From assembly GCA_963789265.1 (NCBI GenBank), contig CAWBKB010000001.1, positions 480,001-544,000 on the forward strand: DNA of 64,000 bases, read 5' to 3'. Position 1 is the stretch's first letter. Each line of letters starts with the position of its first letter. Below the pieces are notes generated by a model. It made no database searches. It saw only the letters and a list, made by a program, of their open reading frames with translations, and was not told where the DNA came from. Shown in pieces: positions 1 through 11,580 of this stretch. The position numbers were made by a program, and so were the translations under genes. The DNA is from an uncultured delta proteobacterium (lineage in GTDB: Bacteria > Desulfobacterota > Desulfomonilia > Desulfomonilales > Desulfomonilaceae).

Positions 1-720
1 GAGAAAGTCGGGGCCGATATCGAAATGGTCCGGAGCGGCATAGGCGCAGACCCTCGTATCGGCCCTCAATTTCTCTTTGCGGGGATAGGATACGGCGGGT
101 CCTGCTTTCCCAAGGATGTAGAGGCCCTCACAAGGACAGGCATGGAGCATGAGGCCAGGTTGATGATTCTGGAAGCTGTCCAAGAAGCTGATAGAGCCCA
201 AAGAACCCATTTCTTGAACACGATAGTAAGTCATTACCAAGGGCAGTCTCTGGAGGGGAAACTTTTCGCGCTCTGGGGGTTGAGTTTCAAGCCTCGAACC
301 GACGATATCAGAGAGGCCCCGTCTCTCGAAGTGATTCGAATGTTGCTGGAGAGGGGCGCTCGCATCAGAGCTTTCGATCCGGTAGCGATGGAGAACTGCG
401 GGCGAGTTCTCGGGGATTCCATAGAATATGCGCCCGGCAATTACGAGTGTCTTGAAGGAGCTGATGGTCTAATCATAGTGACCGAGTGGAATGAATTTCG
501 TTACCCCAATTTTGAGAAGATCAAACATTTGATGTTGGAGCCCGTTATCTTTGATGGCAGGAACCTTTATGACCCGAAAAAGATGGCCGAACGAGGATTC
601 ACATATTACAGCATAGGAAGGCGCTCGGAACGAGCCACGAACAACCTTGTTGTCAGTCATGGTGCGCGAACATGCCACCGGATAGCAAAGTCTGCATCTC
701 CCGGTGGGGGAAGTCGTTAG
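1..720 (+). CDS. ugd: UDP-glucose/GDP-mannose dehydrogenase, 3' part (start lies before the window)
   Basis: Open from base 1. Motifs DPRIG, GYGGSCFPKD, WGLSFKPRTDDIREAPS, TEWNEF and DGRN. Confidence 0.92.
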   Translation, partial: EKVGADIEMVRSGIGADPRIGPQFLFAGIGYGGSCFPKDVEALTRTGMEHEARLMILEAVQEADRAQRTHFLNTIVSHYQGQSLEGKLFALWGLSFKPRTDDIREAPSLEVIRMLLERGARIRAFDPVAMENCGRVLGDSIEYAPGNYECLEGADGLIIVTEWNEFRYPNFEKIKHLMLEPVIFDGRNLYDPKKMAERGFTYYSIGRRSERATNNLVVSHGARTCHRIAKSASPGGGSR

Positions 721-744
721 TTACCCGCGTCAGCAAAATATGTA

Positions 745-2153
745 ATGGCAACACGAACAGTAAACGCTAAAGACATAGTTCAAGATATCAGAGCTCGTAT
801 GGATAGGGCTGCCCTGATAGAGAAGTATCATCTTTCCGCTAATGAACTGGTTCTGTTGCTGAAAAAGCTGGTGGAACTGCGCGTTTTGGCAGTGTCGGAG
901 GCACAAGAGGTTGTGTCCCGGGCTGGGACAAAACCTGCTCATGTCTTCGAGTGCCCCGAGTGTGGAACAACAGATGCTGCAGTTTGGACGAATGTCCCCA
1001 CTGCGGGGCCATAGTCGCGAAGATCGAAGCGGAAGTGTCCGGCGACGAAGTGATGGCTCCAATTCATCAGGTCGCTCGCCGATCGACCGGTCCCAGAGAG
1101 AAGCCGGATTCAGCGTCGGAAGGGATTGCCGCTCCCGCGCTTTTAAGAGGCGACTTGCAGCGGACGGGCTTCTACCAAGCCAAAGGGGTAGAAAGACTCA
1201 GAGAATTGAAGTGGAGATATAAAACTGGGGGTTGGGTTTCTTCCACGCCGGCCGTTGCCTACAACACGGTCTATTTCGGGAGTTGGGACGGGGGTCTTTA
1301 TGCTGTAGACCTGGAGACGGGGGCGGAAAAGTGGAGGTCCGCAACTGACGGCCCTGTGTCTTCTTCGCCTGGAGTAGCATTCGGTCGAGTCTATTTCGGG
1401 ACGTCCGGCGGTCGGTTATGCGTTTTGCACGCGGAATCCGGAAAGCTGATCTGGAATTTCAGTGTCGGTGGTCCTCTATCGTCATCTCCCGCCATTACTG
1501 ACACAATGATCTATTTTGGCGGATCCGACGCTAACCTTTTCGCTATCGCGGTCAAATCCGGGTCAACAAAATGGAAGTTCAAGACGGGCGGTCTGATCTC
1601 GTCTTCCCCGGCTGTAGCCGGCGGTCTGATATGTGTCGGCAGTTACGACGGGAGTCTTTATGCTGTCGAGAGCGTTTCGGGGGAGGCACGGTCGGTCTTT
1701 AAGACACCAGCCCCGGTGTCAGCCTCGCCGGCGATATCGGATGGCGTGGCCTACTTTGGTAGTTGGGACGGGAGTATCTACGCGGTGGACTTGGAGAGCG
1801 GCCAGGAACGTTGGAATTTCAAGTCGGGATCAAAGGTGAGCGGCTCAGTGGCCGTAGGGTACGGCAACATCTTCTTCGGAAACGCAGAGGCCAAAGTCTA
1901 CTGTGTAGAGGTCAGGACCGGTCAGGAGCGTTGGAAATCGGAGGTTGGAGGTCCGATCTCGTCCTCTCCCGCACTGGCGAATTCCAACCTGTATCTTGGG
2001 AGCGCTGACCGTTGTCTCCACGTGTTTGACGCAGAATCGGGCGACGAAAAATGGAAATTCAAGACCGAGGGTGCGGTGAATTCGTCGCCGGTAGTACATG
2101 GCGAAGCTATTTATTTTGGAAGCGATGACGGACACATGTACGCGGTGGCGTGA
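745..2153 (+). CDS. PQQ-like beta-propeller repeat protein with N-terminal helical domain and zinc ribbon; apparent frameshift at ~968-990
   Basis: Tandem SSPAV...YFGSxDG.LYAVD..TG..KW repeats. CPECG (ORF 745) and CPHCG (ORF 951) form one double-CxxC ribbon across a frame change. Confidence 0.75.
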
Positions 2154-2165
2154 CTTTAGGGCGGT

Positions 2166-2707
2166 CTATTCCGAATTCTCGGTCATGGGTTTGATGTCGG
2201 GCAGCGGAGGGAGTGACGCGAGGTCGTTCAGTCCAAACACCTCGAGAAAACGCGGAGAGGTCCATATAAAAGAGGACGCCCCGGCACGTCTTTGCGACCC
2301 ACCACGGCAATTAGTTCGCGTTCCAACAGATTTTTCAAGGTACCCGCGCTTTCTACTCCGCGAATTTGCTCAATTTGGCTCCTGGCGATGGGCTGGTTGT
2401 AGGCCACAATGCTGAGGATTTTCCAAGGCGGCTCGACTCAGCCGGGAAGGCGGCCGGGCTTGTTTCATCCCGCTTATCCAGGGTTGAAGGCTCGGCAATG
2501 TTCGGAATTGATAGCCGCCTGCGATCTTCTCAAGGATGAACCCCTCGAGACCTTTCTTGTACTCTTGCTCCAATTCATCTAATGCCGACTTGAGTTCCTG
2601 CGGTTTGGCTTCTCGTATTACGCTTGCCATGACCTCGAGGCTGAGAGGGATTCGGTCTGGGCGAAGATTATCCCCTCCACAATGGACTTCAGAGTTTGTC
2701 TATTCAA
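2166..2707 (-). CDS. scpB: SMC-Scp complex subunit ScpB, three apparent 1-nt frameshifts
   Basis: Joined frames read [11 protein letters not shown] / IAGGYQFRT / [29 protein letters not shown] / [13 protein letters not shown] / [14 protein letters not shown]. Confidence 0.85.
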
Positions 2708-2926
2708 TGTGTTCGACCTCGATACGAAGTTTCATCTTTTCACCCTAATAATAACCTACGGTGGTGGGACATGGATCCGATCACACCGGACGAATCCTTC
2801 ATACCACGACAGGAAGGTCGTATCAATTCGGAACGAGTCTGTATGCCTCGGAAACGGGCAGCAGTCGGCGGCGTGTATTCCAACAGTAATGCGCTATCAA
2901 ACAAGTAACAATCCTGGACAAGACAT

Positions 2927-3035
2927 GGTGGGGCAGGCATCCTGCCTGCCATTCGTCACCCCGGACTCCGATCCGGGGTCCAGCTTGGATGCCCGCGTCC
3001 GTGGGCATGACGACAGGCAGGATGCCTGTCCCACC
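2927..3035. repeat. Nested REP-like palindromes
   Basis: ggtggggcaggcatcctgcctgcc ... gacaggcaggatgcctgtcccacc enclosing an internal cgtcaccccgg...gggcatgacg hairpin. Confidence 0.7.
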
Positions 3036-3612
3036 AGAAACACCGTGTCACTCGCTCGAAGGCGAAATGTAAAACAAGATAGCCGAGCCAGTCATTGCGT
3101 AAGGTGCAATCGCTCGAATTACGAAAGGGGTAATCGTTCACTGCGGAGAGCGCAGAGACCGCGGAGAATTCTATTTTCTCCAACGCCTATGCGAATTGTG
3201 GACCCGGCAGGTTCCGGGTACGTGATCCCGCTATGCGCTGGGAGGACAATGCCGACCTGACTGTACGTGCGGTGATTGACGCGGAATTGAATAAACTATC
3301 CTTTATCTCTGCGGACTCTGCGGTGAATCTTGAGGCCCTCTGAACGGTTACCGGAAAAGTAATCTCATGGATGGAGCCGGCAACTGAAACTGTCCCGAGA
3401 TCGAGGTATGCGCAAAATTCGCGGGAGCGACGCCCCTTTTTGTCTTCCGCACCGAGTTCCGCGTAGACAACTTTCACTTTCCCACATAGAGACCGTCCGC
3501 GGCCTCGTTTGACGCACGGGCGAGTTGTGATAATATATATGATAGTGTATGAATTGTCGCGTTTTTCGGGCTTTGCAGGCGACTAGGATATTACCTAATG
3601 AAGGCCATTTCT

Positions 3613-4821
3613 ATGGAAGACAATCCGCATGGTATTACCCAGGCTTAATATTGCGGTGGGCATACCTTCCTACAATGAAGCTTCTTCGATATCTGTGCCA
3701 ACGCAGCAGGCTGACAAAGGTCTTTCCAAGTACTTCAGTGAACGTTCCGCCGTAATTATCAATTGTGATAATCATTCCCCCGACAATACTCGTCAAGCAT
3801 TCATGCAGACCGCCACCGACACACCCAAGATATATCTATCCACTGAAGAAGGAACCAGGGGAAGGGCAACAACCTCCGGAATTTATTTGGTAAAGCAGTA
3901 GAACTTTCTGCCAAGGCGGTCATAGTACTGGATGCGGACCTGCAGAGTGTCACTCCATTATGGATACGCAATTTAGGGGAGCCGCTCTTCGACGAATACC
4001 ATTTTGTCTCCCCGTTATATGTTCGTCACAAATACGACGGCACGATAACGAACAATGTAGCCTATCCACTAACTCGCGCCTTGTACGGCCGTCGAGTCCG
4101 GCAACCCATTGGCGGAGATTATGGGTTTTCGGGGGAACTCGCTCGCATTTATGCAGAAACCGAGTTTTGGAATGGAGCTATCGCGGATTTCGGGATCGAT
4201 ATATGGATGACAACTACAGCCCTGAGAAATCGAATGGCGGTCATTCAGTCCTTTATGGGAAGGCCCAAGATTCATAAGCCGAAAGATCTCGTGGCAGTCG
4301 TGGACAGTCTGTTTACCGATGTTGTCATTACCATATTTGAACTCATGTGTCGTTACGAGAACTTCTGGAAGGAGGTCAAATGGAGCCGGCCTACAGCCGT
4401 TTTCGGGTTCGCTTTAGGGGAACTGGAGGTACCTCCCCCGGTTGAGGCGGATATAAAAATTTTGTCCGGTAAATTCAGCAAAGGGCTTGCGGAGCACTGG
4501 GGTCTCTACAAGACTATTCTAACCGTAGAGAATATAAACAAGGTGGAAGAAGCGGCCAGCTTGCCGTCTGCCAGCTTCGAGTTTCCCACGGCGCTGTGGG
4601 CGAAGGTCCTGTACGACTTTGCCGTGGCTTATAAGACCCAGGAGGTGCCGCGGGAAGACCTGATTGCCGGGCTGGCGGCCCTCTATTACGGGAAGACACT
4701 ATCTTTTGTGCTGGAAACTCAGGCCATGAATACGCAACAGGTGGAGGAGTTCATCGAGGATCAGTGCGTCCAATTCGAGAAGACTAAATCCTATTTGCTG
4801 GAACGCTGGTTTTCCGGATGA
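3613..4821 (+). CDS. GT2/GT81-like glycosyltransferase (glucosylglycerate / glucosyl-3-phosphoglycerate synthase-like); two apparent frameshifts (~3645, ~3860)
   Basis: VGIPSYNEA, DNHSPDNT, GKGNNLRNLF, LDADL, YVRHKYDGTITN, RQPIGGDYG and DFGIDIWMT across the joined frames. Confidence 0.78.
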
Positions 4822-4860
4822 TGCGGCGCGAATTGCCGAACATCTCCAAAGGAGCCTGAA

Positions 4861-5232
4861 ATGGCGAAGATTCTAATAGTGGATGATGAAGAAGGAATCC
4901 GAATGCTCTATTCTATGGAATTGCAGGATGAGGGATACGAGGTCATAACTTTACCCGACGGGAAAGACCTGATGGAGGTCGTCGATACCGAAGACCCGGA
5001 CTGTATTGTGCTAGATATTAAGATGCGGGAATACAACGGCCTGGATCTGCTGCAGCAGATCAGAAGAAAGCACTACGATTTGCCTGTGATTCTGAATTCA
5101 GCGTATTCAAGCTTCAAAGTTGATCTAAAAGCTGTGGCCGCTGACTATTATGTTGTGAAGAGTTCGGACCTGGGCGAATTAAAAGAGAAGTTGAAGGTCG
5201 CCCTGGAAACCCGCATACCTCTGAAAGAATGA
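4861..5232 (+). CDS. Single-domain response regulator receiver
   Basis: ILIVDDE, LDIKM, YVVK motifs; RBS aaggag upstream. Confidence 0.92.
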   Translation: MAKILIVDDEEGIRMLYSMELQDEGYEVITLPDGKDLMEVVDTEDPDCIVLDIKMREYNGLDLLQQIRRKHYDLPVILNSAYSSFKVDLKAVAADYYVVKSSDLGELKEKLKVALETRIPLKE

Positions 5233-5245
5233 TATGCCTCGGATT

Positions 5246-5291
5246 AGTCGGACAATGAGCCGGGCCAAGCGCCCGGTTTTTTTGTCCGACT
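5246..5291 (+). terminator. Intrinsic terminator
   Basis: ccgggc-caagc-gcccgg followed by a T run, nested in the agtcggacaa/ttgtccgact inverted repeat. Confidence 0.65.
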
Positions 5292-5777
5292 GTCTTTTAA
5301 ATGCGGTCATTCGTTTGCCCGACGACGGAAACTCGAATTCTGAAAAGTACTCAAGGGAACGGTGGAGGTGAGATTCCCTGAAGATCTACAACCCGAGGCC
5401 CGAAAACCGCCGGCATCCCTGCCAATGCCTCGTCAAGGTATCGGACCTGGTGTCTCCGTCTTTGAGCCTAACACACGCTCATCCCGCGCCCATTTAAAAA
5501 ACGCGACTAATATTAGGGTCAGAAATAATAACAGTAATACTAGCGCGAAATTACCTGCCGCGCATTGTAAAATGTTTACGCGATCATCACAATAATTTCT
5601 TGACTCGCCGCGAACAGGATGATAGGAGCCCACCACGAGGGAGAGGGACTCTCTCACAAGTGCTGTTGACCCAGCGGAGCAAAGTGCTGCCGATCTGCTG
5701 GTAGTCGTTAAATGGCCGGTTTTTCTATTTCCCCCGATTGATATTTACAAAATTCCTGTGTGAAAAAGGAGTGGCAC

Positions 5778-6239
5778 ATGAATCAGAGTGCGTCTCACGC
5801 CTCCGCCGGGACTTTCCTGGATTCCTACGACTTCAATCAAAACTATGTCTATCTGAAGAAGCTCATCCAGGAACTGAAAGTGGAAAACAGCACCTCCGTA
5901 AGGAGGGAAATCTTCGGGGAGGATGAACGCGAATTTAACTTGACCAAGAAGCAGATGAAACAACTATTTCGCTTCCTGAGAAAAATTGAGCACCATTACG
6001 AAGAGTGCTGTTCGCCTCCGATTCCGGAAGAGCTGGAAAATTCCATAAGAAATCGAGACAGTTCCGAATGGCTGCCGTGGGAACTCGAGGCCATAGAAAA
6101 GGTCGAGGTGTGGCGTGAAGAGCTCGAAGAAAGGCGGCGGAATGCCAGACAAATGCTGCACAACGTCCTCGAAAAAGTTCGGAGAGGTGAGACAATTCCA
6201 GGCGATAGCCCCGCGAAAAAGGGAATGCGCTTAAGCTGA
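5778..6239 (+). CDS. Hypothetical protein (charged, helical)
   Basis: 153-aa ORF with RBS aaggag; no family recognised. Confidence 0.65.
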   Translation: MNQSASHASAGTFLDSYDFNQNYVYLKKLIQELKVENSTSVRREIFGEDEREFNLTKKQMKQLFRFLRKIEHHYEECCSPPIPEELENSIRNRDSSEWLPWELEAIEKVEVWREELEERRRNARQMLHNVLEKVRRGETIPGDSPAKKGMRLS

Positions 6240-6571
6240 GGCCGATGATGCGGCCGCGCGTGCGCGGCCCCAGCCTCGGTGGGACAAATGAACTTACTCC
6301 CGCTCAGTGCTGTTCTCGAGACACCTACCATCAACCTAACTCCTTGTAAATATTCCTGCCCCGGTCGAGCTAGATCGGGGTCTTTTTGTTTGGTCTCCCG
6401 GAAGGTGCAAAAATCTGGGAAAGCAAGAGACCTCGTCCGACCGGCCGCGGTGTGCCGAGTAATGAGGAATGTGGGTTATTGGCGGAAATTTTGATTTCCC
6501 TTCCCAACTGAGCTATAAAGTAACAGCCTAAACCGATACGCAGAAAATCAAACGGATTGTGCGGAGGCACG

Positions 6572-7627
6572 ATGGAGCAGTTCAGACCCCGGAACGACCA
6601 AAACCCGGTTCGCGATTTGCAGCGAGGAGTCGAGGATTTAAAGGACATTGTGGACCGGTTTTTCCAGGGGCGCGGAACCTGGCTTATTATTTTGGTCCTG
6701 ATAGCACTATATTTGTCGTCCGGTATTTACGTAGTAGGGCCGGGAGAAAAAGGGGTTGTCCTCTTGTTCGGCAAACTCAACTCTCTGACCGATCCTGGCC
6801 TTCGTTATCGGCTTCCCAGGCCCTTCATGACACACAGTATCGTAGACATCGCGGCCGTGAAGAGCGCGGAAATAGGCTACAGGTCGGACGGCACTCATGC
6901 GCGCGCGATACCCGCCGAATCAATGATGCTCACCGGGGATGAAAACATAGTCGATGTGCAGCTCTTCGTTCAATACATGGTGCAAAACCCCGTTAAGTAT
7001 CTTTATGGAGCCAAGGACCCTGTAAGTACTCTGAGGGCGTCGGCTGAGGTAGCATTGCGCGGGGTCGTGGGCGAAAAAGATATTGACTATACCATGGTCA
7101 CCGGGAGGACCGAGGTTCAGAATAAGGTTAAAGCCAATCTTCAGAAACTCCTCGATAATTACAATACCGGGTTGCTCGTTACCCAAGCCGGTTTACGAGA
7201 GGTTGATGCGCCCACCCAGGTCCGGGAGGCTTTTCACGACGTGCTCAGGGCGTGGGAAGATCGCGCTCGGCTTATCCAGGAGGCACAGGGAGTCAGAGCA
7301 GATGTGATCCCCAAGGCGAGGGGCCAGGCCCAGCAGAAAATTCTCGAGGCCGAAGCATATAAAGCTCAAAGAGTGATAAGGGCCCGCGGGGACGCGCAGC
7401 GCTTCACCGATATCCTGACGGAATACGCCAAATCTCCCAAGGTAACCCGGGAGCGACTTTACCTGGAAAGCGTGGAACAATTCCTGCCGGGTGCAAAGAA
7501 GGTCATAATGGAAGGCGGGAGCAACGCTGTGCTTCCATTCCTTCCCCTCGGCCCGCAGGAGGCGAACGCGGGCCAGAGCCCAGGGATTCAAGGGCCACGT
7601 TCGCGGACGGAAAAGAAAGGCCGGTAG
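6572..7627 (+). CDS. hflK: FtsH protease modulator HflK
   Basis: SPFH domain: MLTGDENIVDV, A.IPKARG, TRERLYLE; paired with hflC. Confidence 0.93.
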   Translation: MEQFRPRNDQNPVRDLQRGVEDLKDIVDRFFQGRGTWLIILVLIALYLSSGIYVVGPGEKGVVLLFGKLNSLTDPGLRYRLPRPFMTHSIVDIAAVKSAEIGYRSDGTHARAIPAESMMLTGDENIVDVQLFVQYMVQNPVKYLYGAKDPVSTLRASAEVALRGVVGEKDIDYTMVTGRTEVQNKVKANLQKLLDNYNTGLLVTQAGLREVDAPTQVREAFHDVLRAWEDRARLIQEAQGVRADVIPKARGQAQQKILEAEAYKAQRVIRARGDAQRFTDILTEYAKSPKVTRERLYLESVEQFLPGAKKVIMEGGSNAVLPFLPLGPQEANAGQSPGIQGPRSRTEKKGR

Positions 7628-7633
7628 GAAACA

Positions 7634-8491
7634 ATGGTTAAATTCGGCATTGTCGCGATCGTTATTCTTGTTTTGTTAGTCCAGGCCACTTTCACAATCC
7701 CCGAGGGCGGGCAGGGACTGGTTCTCCAATTCGGAAAGATTGAAAGGATCCTTAGGGAGCCCGGCCTTTACTTTAAGTACCCGTTCGTCCAGGAACTCAT
7801 CCGATTAGACAAAAGGATTCTAGGCGCAGAGTCTCTGCCGGCCGAATATATAACGCAAGATAAAAAACGCCTCACCGTGGACACGGTAGCGCGCTGGAGG
7901 ATCGAAGATCCCAAGGGTTTCTACAACGCGGTGGGAGATCCCCGAACCGCTGTCGCCCGCCTGAATGAAACGATATTTGCTGGGCTTCGCCAGGAAATCG
8001 CCAACCACGACTTCAACGATTTTATACGAGAGAAGCGGGAGTCAATCATGCAGCGGGTCACTCAATTGACCGCTCAGAAGGCCAAGGAATGGGGAGTACG
8101 CGTCGTAGATGTTCGAATCAAGAGAGTGGACTTGCCTGAGGAAGTTCAAGCCAGCGTTTTTGCCAGAATGAAAGCTGAACGAGAACGAATCGCCAAGGGA
8201 TACAGGGCTGAAGGGGACGAGCAGGCTCGTAAAATCAGGGCGGACGCCAACAAAGATGTAGAAATCATCCTCGCGGAGGCTTACCGTCAGTCCCAGACGT
8301 TGCGAGGGGAGGGGGACGCCCATGCCACCTCGGTCTATGCCGCAGCCTACGGAAAGGATGAGGATTTCTATTCTTTCATCAGACACCTGGATGTTTATAA
8401 GAAAGTATTTGCAACCGATACAACTTTGCTGCTCCGCCCCCAGTCGGATCTGCTCAAGTTCTTCGATTCTTTGACAGGACAAGCCAAGTAG
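7634..8491 (+). CDS. hflC: FtsH protease modulator HflC
   Basis: PGLYFKYPF, DVRIKRVDLP, RMKAERERIA, FYSFIR. Confidence 0.93.
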   Translation: MVKFGIVAIVILVLLVQATFTIPEGGQGLVLQFGKIERILREPGLYFKYPFVQELIRLDKRILGAESLPAEYITQDKKRLTVDTVARWRIEDPKGFYNAVGDPRTAVARLNETIFAGLRQEIANHDFNDFIREKRESIMQRVTQLTAQKAKEWGVRVVDVRIKRVDLPEEVQASVFARMKAERERIAKGYRAEGDEQARKIRADANKDVEIILAEAYRQSQTLRGEGDAHATSVYAAAYGKDEDFYSFIRHLDVYKKVFATDTTLLLRPQSDLLKFFDSLTGQAK

Positions 8492-8566
8492 GCGGGATCT
8501 ATCGGTTACCAATTCAGCCGCGGGCGCCGGTCGTGTCGACGGCCACGGAAGATCTTGAAGCCATTT

Positions 8567-9614
8567 CTACCAAAGGGAGTAGCGTGTCAGCGCAACAGGC
8601 ACGGAAACGGATCGTTGCGGTCGGACCAAAGTCTGTCTCTGCGGCAAGATGCCTTCCAAAAGCTCCATAAGAAGATCCTTCGCGTTCCCCTTGGCTTGAT
8701 GATCTGTGGCCTGAGCAGTCTGAATCCTCGGTCCTTTTCCCGGTGCGCTTTCTTCTCCGAACAGATAATCCGAGAGAGGAACTGAAACCAGTCCGCGCGA
8801 TTCCACAACATGAAGAATTGCACTCAGGTTCTTCATGGTTTTCGTCCGCTCATGCAGCAGAACCACATCCTTGGCCCTCGCAGCGTTCAGAGAATTTATG
8901 ACCGTAGACGCGGGACGCGGGAACCACGCCAGTTCCATGCGCCAATCGTTGGTATCTAGATTCCACCACGCCATATCATAGTTCAGCGAGGCGAGAACGT
9001 CCTGGCAAGCCTGGTAGTTCGAGCGAGAACCCGCGACGCCATAGGGAAATCTGAAGAAACGATTCTGCCGCTCGGGATCTACCCCTGCTTCATCCAGCAA
9101 CTCACCGAATAAGCGCGTGGGTAGACACAATCTCCTTCTCGGCCCGTTCAGCGGAAATTGTCGAGAAATCCGGGTGGTTGTACGAATGGTTTCCGATGTC
9201 GTGACCTTCAAGAAGGGCCCTGATTGCGAAGTCTCGCAAAGTGGGATTGGTGAGATTGCGACCGATCACGAAGAAGGTGGCTTTATGCCCGCGCAAGGCC
9301 AGGAGATCCAGGATGCCCCCCGAACAGTACGCGGGGCCGTCGTCGAACGTCAAAAACACCGACTTGGCATTCAGATCCGGGCTCCTGATATCCTCTTCCA
9401 ACCGTCTAAACGGGTAGTCGAAAGGAAGGGTCTCGCCGTGTTCGGGCTTCAGATATCCGCCGGGCGTGCTCCGGACAAGGGCGATTTCACAGGCCAGGGA
9501 AGGCCAAAGACTTCCTCCCAGCGCAAGCCCGGCACCCAGGTTGAGGAACTCCCTCCGGGATATTGCACCGGATGCCCCGCGCTCCAAGGACTTGCTGATT
9601 GATTTACTGGGCAA
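8567..9614 (-). CDS. Tat-exported polysaccharide deacetylase (CE4); apparent frameshift at ~9105
   Basis: SRREFL signal, LTFDDGP, ATFFVIG and GNHSYNHP, then FRFPYG, WNLDTNDW and VLLHE in the next frame. Confidence 0.85.
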
Positions 9615-9874
9615 TTTTCAAACAATAATTGTCGCCGGCGTTCCATCCCTCGCGTGCCGAAAAAGTCGACCCTATGCCGTTAATGCCTAGATTACAAGGC
9701 GCACCGAACACCAAAGTCTACCTCACAATCGCCCAAAATAGCAAGTATTAAATTCTATGGCTCGTAAGCATTCACTTCCGCGCGGGAAGAGATTGTCATT
9801 GCGAGTTCCGCTGGACGCGGGAAAGCGATCTTTTCCTTTAAACGCCGCTTAAATTGCCGGTTGAACGGGCATCT

Positions 9875-10083
9875 GAGAGTGTCTCAAAACTATTTTGATT
9901 AGCAGAATCGTGCCACGATTCAGGCTCATTCGTATAGTCGTCGCCCTCACCCCAACCCTCTCCCATAGGGAGAGGGAGCAGATCCAGGGCAGTTTTGCAC
10001 TTCCCTCGCCCTCTGGGAGAGGGACACAGGGTGAGGGATTCGTGCTACGATTCCGACCGCTTCATTGTTGTTGAGACAGTTTC
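9875..10083 (+). mobile_element. IS1182-related MITE, copy 1 (209 bp), TSD ATCT
   Basis: Ends gagagtgtctcaaaa / ttgagacagtttc; ATCT on both sides; near-identical to copies 2 and 3. Confidence 0.85.
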
Positions 10084-10217
10084 ATCTTGCCCGTCATCCC
10101 TAATAGACAGGCTGTCCCACGCCTCGCGGAAGTGTCTCACCATGCACTCCTCGCAAGACAAGGTGCGGAAGATCTCCTTCTCCGCTTTGCGGAGAAGCTT
10201 TCGGCAGGAAATACTTC

Positions 10218-10246
10218 TTGACAAATCATGCAACAAATTATATACA
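10218..10246 (+). promoter_or_regulatory. Sigma70-like promoter for the LysM gene
   Basis: TTGACA-17bp-TATACA in AT-rich DNA ~60 bp upstream of the start codon. Confidence 0.45.
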
Positions 10247-10308
10247 AAAATAGAGAGTTATTTGATTATGTTAAACTGTTTTATTAGGAATAGTCACGGA
10301 GGCCGTTA

Positions 10309-11388
10309 ATGTCAAAGAAAAATCGGTTATTCACAGTCTCGGCCGTTATACCGCTTGCCTTTGCCTGCCTCCTCCAAGGTGCCGCCGCGTTTGAGCTCTT
10401 CCCCAGGCCCGAAGGACAATACACGGTTCAGAGAGGCGATACACTCTACGATATCGCCGGCAACTACTACGGGAACCCGGCCCTTTGGCCGTTCTTGTGG
10501 AATCAAAATCCCGCGCTTCTCATTAAGGGGCCCAACCCGGGCAACCAATCGTTGACACCCGGCACAAGGGTAAATCTCTATGAAAAGAGATATCCGCATA
10601 CCTTGATGAACCAGAGCTACATGGCTCCTACAGGGTTACCGGAAGATGTGCGCTTTCTGATCGCCAAAGTTCCGTACCAGGGAATTCCTTACGACAAGAG
10701 ATATTTCAGGTTCAAGTTGACCTTGCGCCCAACTCAGCTTTGGGGCTACATTGTTAGTTCTCCGGACCGGGGCAAGGAGCATTTTCTCGAAAGAGATCTT
10801 GTTTACATTAGGTTCCGTCCCTCGAAGAAACAGGCTATCTTGGTAGGGGATCGTTTCGGTATCTACCGGGACAGGGGTCCCATAAATCATCCGCTGAATC
10901 CCGATCGCCCCATTGGCTTTGCCAGTGAAATAATTGGTGAGATTGAGATTACAAGCACAGGTCATAATCTTGCGACAGCTATCATACTGGACAGCTACGT
11001 GGAAATCTCAAGAGGTGACAAGATCTGCCCCTTCACTCCCAGGACCCGGGAAATCGTGCCTTCCAAGACGCACGAGATGCTGACTGGAACAATTCTGGCC
11101 AATGCAACCGGGGAGAATTTCCTCTACGAGCAAATCAGCCTCGAGAACGACATAGTGTTCATTGACAGGGGCGAATGCAATGGGATGAGGGAAGGGATGT
11201 TGGTCAACATATACCGGCCCACACATCCTGTGACAGACCCTTACTTTCATCGCTGGCTCCCGATCCCGGACAAATATATTGGAGAGGGAATGGTTCTGAA
11301 GGCCTTTGAGAAAAATTCCACACTCCTGATAACCAGGTCACACGAGGAAATTGAGCCCGGCGACATTATCAAGAGTGTGTCCGATTAG
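10309..11388 (+). CDS. LysM peptidoglycan-binding protein with signal peptide
   Basis: YTVQRGDTLYDIA..YYGNP.LWP.LW.QNP; the usual neighbour of dprA. Confidence 0.88.
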   Translation: MSKKNRLFTVSAVIPLAFACLLQGAAAFELFPRPEGQYTVQRGDTLYDIAGNYYGNPALWPFLWNQNPALLIKGPNPGNQSLTPGTRVNLYEKRYPHTLMNQSYMAPTGLPEDVRFLIAKVPYQGIPYDKRYFRFKLTLRPTQLWGYIVSSPDRGKEHFLERDLVYIRFRPSKKQAILVGDRFGIYRDRGPINHPLNPDRPIGFASEIIGEIEITSTGHNLATAIILDSYVEISRGDKICPFTPRTREIVPSKTHEMLTGTILANATGENFLYEQISLENDIVFIDRGECNGMREGMLVNIYRPTHPVTDPYFHRWLPIPDKYIGEGMVLKAFEKNSTLLITRSHEEIEPGDIIKSVSD

Positions 11389-11580
11389 TGCCTGTTGTTT
11401 GTAGGACGCGTATGTCATTCCCGGTGAGGACAACGCCCTGACAAGCAAAGTCCTTGACACTTCCGATTCTTGTGCTCTAACTTACTTCGGTTCAGTTACC
11501 CGTTTAAAAGCCTATTCCAGTAACGAGACCTCTCTCGATTCATCGTGGAGCCGGGTTATGGGCTCCAACGGCTAAATTGC

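Noticed and set aside
5433..5657. Small membrane ORF on the minus strand
   Set aside because: It has a hydrophobic stretch but no convincing start, RBS or family, so support is too weak.
9995..10309. Near-identical MHFPRP... ORFs (also 25591-25803) as a small protein family
   Set aside because: They arise from translating the MITE sequence and diverge at the element edge.
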